Below, one piece after another: positions 27,143 through 32,000 of a stretch of DNA of 32,000 nucleotides. Below the pieces are notes generated by a model. The model was not told where the DNA came from. It searched no databases and was given only the letters and a program-made list of their open reading frames with translations. The position numbers and the translations under genes are program-made. This DNA is from Microcystis aeruginosa NIES-843 (GTDB taxonomy: Bacteria; Cyanobacteriota; Cyanobacteriia; Cyanobacteriales; Microcystaceae), in contig NC_010296.1 in NCBI RefSeq assembly GCF_000010625.1, positions 3,540,001 to 3,572,000 of the forward strand. The letters run 5' to 3'. Position 1 is the first letter of the stretch. Every line of letters starts with the position of its first letter.

Positions 27143-27225
27143 GGTGGATTAGCGCAGCGTAATCCACCATTACATCAATTATTGAATAACCATAGATTAG
27201 GTGCGTTACACTTCGTTAACGCACC
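27143..27225. repeat. Two sibling hairpins (9-bp stem, 8-nt loop) of the small-dispersed-repeat type
   Basis: GGTGGATTA-GCGCAGCG-TAATCCACC (27143-27168) and GGTGCGTTA-CACTTCGT-TAACGCACC (27200-27225). Confidence 0.8.
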
Positions 27226-27377
27226 CTACAAGAGCGGCGATCGCACTAACCGGACAGCGATAACCTTTGCAACTCAACAGGTAGTCTATGCTCCGTTCCG
27301 GTTCAGCGCAATGTTAGACCAGCACCCACCCGCCGCTCAAGGGGTAGTTGCCGATTTGCCGAACCCATTGCCCCCCA

Positions 27378-28355
27378 TCAGGACTTCGGAGGTAGCTTGG
27401 GCAGTTCGATCCACAGTTCCAGCACACCGGGCTGTGGCTTCACGCCGGAGAAATTCGTAAAGTCCGCCGTCTGCACCGTCAGATTTTTATAGCCTAGCTG
27501 TTTCAGGGCATTCGTTGTATCTTTCGCCAGTTTGCCCGCCGCGGACGCATCCTTATTATCGTTATTGTTGAAGAAACGAACCTCGTGTAGCCCCGCGGCA
27601 CCGCCATCGCGATCCTCGGGAGGCACATTGTATTTGGCGGCTTGGAGAGCGGTACGCAGGGCCTTCGCCTGCTCGCGGGGCGCACCGGCGAACTGAATGA
27701 ACACCGTGGGCATCTTCTGCGCCTCGGCGCTCTGGCGCACTTGTTCATCCGTCCGTCGCACAAGATTCGCAACATCGGTCTGCACCTTAGTCACCGTCGA
27801 ACCGTCCTTGGCCGTCAGCGTGCTAGTGCCGGGTAGCTTCTCGACGATCTGGCTCAGTCGATCGACCTGCTTGCCGAGGGCGGCAACCCTTGTCATGTTT
27901 TCATCGAGCAACGTTGTGATAGGTTTCTCGCCAACCGTCACGATCAGAGCCTTGGTTCGATCGTCGAGAGCTTTCTGCCGAGTCTCCAATGTGTTGATAG
28001 TATCGATAGTCGGGCCCACCTCGGCGAGCTTCTTCTTGGCTGAAGCGATAAACTCGGCATTCTGTTTGGCTAACTCCTCCGCGATACCGAGCGTTACATT
28101 GATACGCTCGCTCTTCTCCTCTGCCTGACCGGTGATCTCCTTGATTTTTGCGTCTACCATAGAGGTGATGATCTGGTTCCAGCCTAGGCCGGCGATGACC
28201 AAGGCAAAGGCAAATGCCACACCGGCAAGGCCGTAGCGCCACATCAGGGTTGCCTCGACGCGCTGGATGACCTTCTCCTCGATGCGTCGCTCGATCAGCT
28301 CCAGTATCCGCTCATCGATCTTTTCGAGTTCGGGATTCTGTCCTTTGTCAGCCAT
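27378..28355 (-). CDS. Orphan G+C-rich membrane-anchored coiled-coil protein with unassigned C-terminal domain
   Basis: 325-aa ORF. The ATG is preceded by the GGAGGGAAGG run. Two 60-nt lines hand-counted at about 53% and 63% G+C, against 37% for one line in patch 1. It has one TM segment (WRYGLAGVAFAFALVIAGLGW), a long heptad-rich region, and a ~100-aa C-terminal domain (TVFIQFAGAPREQAKALR...GVLELWIELP). No family was recognised by eye. Confidence 0.75.
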   Translation of the reverse strand: MADKGQNPELEKIDERILELIERRIEEKVIQRVEATLMWRYGLAGVAFAFALVIAGLGWNQIITSMVDAKIKEITGQAEEKSERINVTLGIAEELAKQNAEFIASAKKKLAEVGPTIDTINTLETRQKALDDRTKALIVTVGEKPITTLLDENMTRVAALGKQVDRLSQIVEKLPGTSTLTAKDGSTVTKVQTDVANLVRRTDEQVRQSAEAQKMPTVFIQFAGAPREQAKALRTALQAAKYNVPPEDRDGGAAGLHEVRFFNNNDNKDASAAGKLAKDTTNALKQLGYKNLTVQTADFTNFSGVKPQPGVLELWIELPKLPPKS

Positions 28356-28416
28356 CTCGCCTTCCCTCCGAGCTTTGTTCTACTAATTTTCCTTTTAAAA
28401 ATGCTAACTATTAATT

Positions 28417-28600
28417 ATACCGCTCACTGCGGTCTAGCACCCTCATCTATCCTACTATACCACCTCCATCGGTCTAACACCCCCTTAATCATACCTAATA
28501 CCGCACTGTGCGGTTTAATCACCTCAATTAGGGAATAATAACCGCAGAGGGTGGTCTGGTATTCCCTTCAAGTGGATTTTACCGCATTTGCCGATGACGG
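28417..28600. promoter_or_regulatory. Five phased (~40-41 bp) direct repeats with ACCGC-N5-GCGGT-type cores in a divergent intergenic region
   Basis: ATACCGCTCACTGCGGTCTAGCACCC (28417), ATACCACCTCCATCGGTCTAACACCC (28457), ATACCGCACTGTGCGGTTTAATCACC (28498), ATAACCGCAGAGGGTGGTCTGGTATTCC (28538) and TTACCGCATTTGCCGATGACGG (about 28580). Function is unknown. Confidence 0.5.
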
Positions 28601-28695
28601 AAGAAGCACAGTACCCTCGACTGTTAGAACAAGTCCGAGAAGTCATGCGTCTCAAGCACCTCAGCTTGAAGACGGAAAAATTACATTCGAGATTT
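28594..28695 (+). pseudogene. Tyrosine recombinase N-terminal (SAM-like) fragment, truncated by a MITE
   Basis: ATG 28594 gives MTEEAQYPRLLEQVREVMRLKHLSLKTEKLHSRF. This matches the LLDQ(V/L)RE.IR.KHYS.RTE pattern at the N-terminus of integron-type/XerD-like integrases. The frame runs into the MITE at 28696 and nothing integrase-like follows. Confidence 0.55.
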
Positions 28696-28882
28696 GGCTC
28701 TTCGGTTTGTGTTATGCAATGAATGGAGGTTATAAGAGATGGAACCCTTATAGAGAAAGGCATTTAGCGATTTTTGTCAATTGTTTTTGATCTAGAGCGA
28801 ACTAATCAATTAAATCTCTTGCCAGATAAGAATTTAGTCGATTTATGCCCCCCTATCGAACCATACCAAGTAACGAAGAACC
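28696..28882. mobile_element. 187-bp MITE family, copy 3
   Basis: GGCTCTTCGGTTTGTGTTATGCAATG...CCAAGTAACGAAGAACC is near-identical to copy 2. No clear target duplication was seen. Confidence 0.8.
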
Positions 28883-28920
28883 TGAAAACTCACATCTGCT
28901 CACTGATTACTGATTGCCTC

Positions 28921-30240
28921 CTATTGACACAAACGTTGATAAACTGTGGCTAAAGCTCGGACATCACCGACGTTACCCGGGAAAAGAACCACAGGTAGAT
29001 TAGGAAAGAGATGATGATCGGCTGCTGTACGGACCATGGAGACACCGGGGAGAATCTGACCGAGTAAACGGGCCGATTGCAGGCTTAAACCCGTACTTAA
29101 GACATCATTAGAGGTAATTCCGCCTTTACTGATTAAAAAACTGATATCACTGGGTAAACCCTTAACAATGTCCATTAACAGGGTGGAGACGGCAACCCCA
29201 AAATCAAGGCGTTTCTGCACAGAAGCAAAGGTTAACTCTTGCCGACTGGTATAGATCACGGGGGTTTGTTTATTTTTGTGAATAAGCTTGACTTTTTCCA
29301 GAGCTTGTGCTAGGAGTTGATCTCGTTGCTCAGGACGATCGCGCAATGCCGTCACATCGATTTCGACTCCGACGGTGTTGGGTTGTTGAAGCAGTTCATC
29401 TAATTGTTGGCTAGTTTTTTTGACGTGGGAACCGACGATAATTGCCCCGGCTTCCCCCGTGGGCTTATACTTACCCATAGATTCGGGTGCGATCGGTTGA
29501 GTTCCTAAATTAGCCAAAGAAGTTAAAATACTGGCGGCACTACGGAATAAAAATTTTTTTCCTTCCCCTGCGGCGGTTAAAATATCTTCAGCAAAGCGAT
29601 CGAGATCCGCTTGAGTTTCCCCATCTACCACCCCACATTGATTATTTTTGAGCTTTTGCAGTCGTTCTAAACTACCTTGACGGATATCTGCCAGTAAAAA
29701 TCTTTCCACATCATCTGCTTTAATTTTACCTTTCGTTTTCTCCTCCACATAATCCGGCAGATAACTGTAATGGTAGGCAAAAACCGAATCGCGAGCAAAT
29801 TCCGTCTCGTGGACGGGAGTGGGAACGCCATCGATGATTAAATAGTGAATACTATCACGGGTGATTCTACCTCCCTCAAAAAAGGCTGGAATCAGGAAAT
29901 GTGCATCAAAACCGCCCAATTCTTCGGCAATAACATCAGTTTCGATCGGATAATGCCCGCGCAGGGTAGAATCGGAACGACTAACCACCAAAAAATCCTC
30001 GATTCCCTCTTTAGTTAAGGCAGTTTTCAGGTTATGACAGACTTCTCTGGTGACAGACTCGGCTTTTTCGGGGGTTAAAGCGCGAGTATTGGTCAAAACA
30101 AAGAAAATTGGCGCATTATCTGCCAATCCCAAGCGGAGAGTATCTTCATCCCACCGCATCAATAACAGACAACTATGGACTGTTTGGGAACCTGTCGGGT
30201 CGTCATCTAAGACTATAATTTTAGGTCTATTATTGCTCAT
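28921..30240 (-). CDS. Four-carbon acid sugar kinase family protein (DUF1537/YgbK-like)
   Basis: 439-aa ORF. The N-terminal IIVLDDDPTGSQTV motif and the two-domain length are typical of the family. The C-terminal nucleotide-binding region reads ISKGGITSND. Confidence 0.75.
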   Translation of the reverse strand: MSNNRPKIIVLDDDPTGSQTVHSCLLLMRWDEDTLRLGLADNAPIFFVLTNTRALTPEKAESVTREVCHNLKTALTKEGIEDFLVVSRSDSTLRGHYPIETDVIAEELGGFDAHFLIPAFFEGGRITRDSIHYLIIDGVPTPVHETEFARDSVFAYHYSYLPDYVEEKTKGKIKADDVERFLLADIRQGSLERLQKLKNNQCGVVDGETQADLDRFAEDILTAAGEGKKFLFRSAASILTSLANLGTQPIAPESMGKYKPTGEAGAIIVGSHVKKTSQQLDELLQQPNTVGVEIDVTALRDRPEQRDQLLAQALEKVKLIHKNKQTPVIYTSRQELTFASVQKRLDFGVAVSTLLMDIVKGLPSDISFLISKGGITSNDVLSTGLSLQSARLLGQILPGVSMVRTAADHHLFPNLPVVLFPGNVGDVRALATVYQRLCQ

Positions 30241-30390
30241 ATATTTTTTATCAGGATGGGAGGGACGAAGGAACCAAGAGAATCTGGTTAATAGTTTATC
30301 GGGTTCTGGTTCCCCATTAAAGTCGTCCCCTCCCTAAGCAACCGCTATCAATCTTGATCACAATCTGTCCAATATAGGATAAGCTATACC

Positions 30391-31227
30391 ATGATTCATA
30401 CAGTGACGAAGTTGAGCGCGGGAGACTTCCCTTTGAATACGTTAATTCACCCCACTGCGGTTATCCATCCGTCGGCAAAACTTGCTCCAAAGGTTAAAGT
30501 TGGTCCCTATGCTGTGATCGGGGCCAATGTGGAAATTGAAGCTGATACAATTATTGATGCCCATGTGGTCATTGAGGGTCCGACCAAAATTGGCAAGGGT
30601 AATCATATTTTTTCCGGGGCTGTTATTGGTAATGAACCACAGGATTTAAAGTATAAAGGTGGCGAAAGTAGCGTGGAAATTGGTGATCATAACCAAATTC
30701 GCGAGTTTGTCACGATTAATCGCGCCACGGATACGGGAGAAGTTACCCAAATTGGCAGTAATAATTTATTAATGGCCTATGTTCACGTTGCCCATAATTG
30801 TATTTTGCAAGATAACATTATTATCGCTAATAGTGTCGCTTTGGCAGGTCATGTCCAGATCGAATCAAAAGCAGTTATCGGGGGGGTTTTAGGAGTACAT
30901 CAATTTGTTCATATTGGCAAAATGGCCATGTTAGGAGGAATGAGTCGTATTGATCGCGATGTTCCCCCTTTTACTTTAGTGGAAGGCAATCCCTGTCGGG
31001 TACGAACTCTTAATTTAGTCGGTTTACAAAGGGCCGGTTTTACCGATGAAGATCTAGCTTTACTGAAAAAAGCTTTTCGGATTATCTATCGTTCTAATAT
31101 AAATCTTCAGGAGGCTTTAGAACAAGTTTCTCTCTTAACCGATAACCCCCATGTTCAACATCTCTGTCAATTTTTACAATCCTCTACCACGGGAGAAAAA
31201 CGCCGCGGTTTAATTCCGGGAAAATAA
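30391..31227 (+). CDS. lpxA: Acyl-ACP--UDP-N-acetylglucosamine O-acyltransferase
   Basis: 278-aa ORF. It has left-handed beta-helix hexapeptide repeats (IHPTAVIHPSAKL, VGPYAVIGANVEI...), the motif EPQDLKYKG, a helical C-terminal domain, and lpxB downstream. Confidence 0.9.
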   Translation: MIHTVTKLSAGDFPLNTLIHPTAVIHPSAKLAPKVKVGPYAVIGANVEIEADTIIDAHVVIEGPTKIGKGNHIFSGAVIGNEPQDLKYKGGESSVEIGDHNQIREFVTINRATDTGEVTQIGSNNLLMAYVHVAHNCILQDNIIIANSVALAGHVQIESKAVIGGVLGVHQFVHIGKMAMLGGMSRIDRDVPPFTLVEGNPCRVRTLNLVGLQRAGFTDEDLALLKKAFRIIYRSNINLQEALEQVSLLTDNPHVQHLCQFLQSSTTGEKRRGLIPGK

Positions 31228-31251
31228 TTTTTTTATTGAGGAACAGGGAGT

Positions 31252-31335
31252 GGGGTGTGGGGTGTAGGGTGTGGGGTGTAGGGTGTGGGGTGTAGGGTGT
31301 AGGGTGTGGGGTGATGGGGAAGTGGGGAAGTGGGA
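31252..31335. repeat. STRR-like G-rich heptamer array (GGGGTGT/AGGGTGT)x12
   Basis: Twelve contiguous 7-nt units start at 31252. There are many runs of 3-4 G separated by TGT/TGTA. Confidence 0.95.
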
Positions 31336-31360
31336 AGAATAAATAAAAATAATCTCGTGT

Positions 31361-31430
31361 CTCCTGACTCCTATCTCCAGCAATCCTGACTCCTATCTCC
31401 TGACTCCTGTCTCCTGACTCCTATCTCCTG
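31361..31430. repeat. STRR-like heptamer array (CTCCTGA/CTCCTAT type)
   Basis: Ten 7-nt units: CTCCTGA CTCCTAT CTCCAGC AATCCTG ACTCCTA TCTCCTG ACTCCTG TCTCCTG ACTCCTA TCTCCTG. The array ends 30 nt upstream of the lpxB ATG. Confidence 0.9.
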
Positions 31431-31459
31431 AATTCTTTTATTATCAAATAATTATCCAA

Positions 31460-32000
31460 ATGCGTATATTTATTAGCACGGGTGAGGTATCGGGTGATTT
31501 ACAGGCAGCCATGCTGATTGAATCCCTTTTTAAACTAGCTAAAACCCAGGCAATTGAGTTAGAAATTTTTGCTTTAGGTGGCGATCGCATGGAGTTAGCC
31601 GGGGCGAAAATGTTGGGTAAAACCACTCGACTGGCTGCCATGGGATTAATTGAATCTATCCCCTTTATTTGGCCAACTTTACAACTACAAAAACGAGCAA
31701 AAGAGTTTTTTAAAGATCATCCTCCCGATCTGATTATTTTAATTGATTATGTGGGGGCAAATGTGGCGATCGGTCAATCGGCTAAAAAAATTATTCCCCA
31801 AGTGCCAATTATTTATTATATTGCCCCACAGGTGTGGATTTGGTCGGAAGAAAATATTCCCTCAGCTAAACTAAGGGCCACAGCAGAAAAGTTATTTAAT
31901 ACGGAAAAATTAATCGCCGTCACGGATAAATTATTGGCAATTTTTCCTGCCGAAGCCCGTTTTTTTGAAACAAAAGGTTTACCGGTAACTTGGGTGGGAC
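31460..32000 (+). CDS. lpxB: Lipid-A-disaccharide synthase (5' part, runs off window)
   Basis: It is absent from the ORF track because no stop falls inside the window. ATG 31460 gives MRIFISTGEVSGDLQAAMLIESL...GGDRMELAGAKML...PDLIILIDYVGANV...YYIAPQVWIWS, the typical LpxB N-terminus. It lies downstream of lpxA. Confidence 0.85.
   Translation, partial: MRIFISTGEVSGDLQAAMLIESLFKLAKTQAIELEIFALGGDRMELAGAKMLGKTTRLAAMGLIESIPFIWPTLQLQKRAKEFFKDHPPDLIILIDYVGANVAIGQSAKKIIPQVPIIYYIAPQVWIWSEENIPSAKLRATAEKLFNTEKLIAVTDKLLAIFPAEARFFETKGLPVTWVG

Noticed and set aside
27240-27330. Candidate attC site downstream of the G+C-rich ORF (GTCTAAC ... GTTAGTG / GTTGAGT on the cassette sense strand)
   Set aside because: Only the AAC/GTT cores and two or three adjacent bases can pair. 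I could not find L'/L'' complementarity or a bulged hairpin by hand. Without a covariance-model hit this stays a weak hypothesis, not a feature.
27182-27460. 92-aa ORF on the plus strand spanning the hairpins and the 3' end of the orphan gene
   Set aside because: It has a TTG start with no RBS, runs across two dispersed-repeat hairpins, overlaps the convergent gene end, and has a P/A/R-rich composition.
27503-28242. ORFs 27503-27775(-), 27642-27836(+), 27697-28128(+) and 27901-28242(-) overlapping the 27378-28355 gene
   Set aside because: They are off-frame or antisense ORFs with R/P/S/C-rich, low-complexity translations. This is typical of stop-codon depletion in G+C-rich DNA. The 325-aa frame has the RBS, a TM helix and a coherent coiled-coil pattern.
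28417-28600. Possible mini-CRISPR array (about 26-nt repeats separated by about 14-nt unique segments)
   Set aside because: The repeats are only about 70% identical and the spacers are far too short. There is no leader and no cas context. The feature is retained as a protein-binding-site-like array instead.

Overview
This is a cyanobacterial chromosomal window. HIP1 GCGATCGC octamers, STRR-type heptamer arrays, a very dense MITE/IS load and the protein set suggest a Microcystis-like chroococcalean genome; the taxon is inference. No tRNA, rRNA or CRISPR array was found. Core genes: a SAM-dependent methyltransferase, dnaN, hemL, a DUF1830-like protein, a ClC channel fused to CBS and USP domains, an MraY/WecA-family glycosyltransferase, glyA, ppc, minC-minD-minE, a four-carbon acid sugar kinase, lpxA, and the 5' part of lpxB, which runs off the window and is missing from the ORF track. 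Two accessory patches interrupt the core. Patch 1 (about 8.3-13.0 kb, AT-rich) holds an IS607-type serine recombinase pseudogene, a Uma2 nuclease, an intact VapB-like antitoxin followed by a 25-codon PIN stub, an AAA-ATPase/PD-(D/E)XK nuclease gene whose ATG overlaps the stub's stop codon, and a tandem family of small tail-anchored coiled-coil proteins hit by two MITE families. Patch 2 (about 22.1-28.9 kb) holds a decayed transposase, PrlF/YhaV and HigB/HigA toxin-antitoxin pairs, an IS630-family element with a second IS630-family element nested inside it plus a derived MITE, and a G+C-rich orphan gene. That orphan gene encodes a membrane-anchored coiled-coil protein and is transcribed divergently from a truncated tyrosine-recombinase gene across five phased ~40-bp repeats. 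The most interesting candidates are the G+C-rich orphan cassette with its repeat array (27.2-28.7 kb), the antitoxin/PIN-stub/ATPase-nuclease junction (9.46-11.4 kb), and the coiled-coil family, one member of which lies 6 nt upstream of minC. All calls come from reading the sequence and ORF translations by eye; no database search was run.
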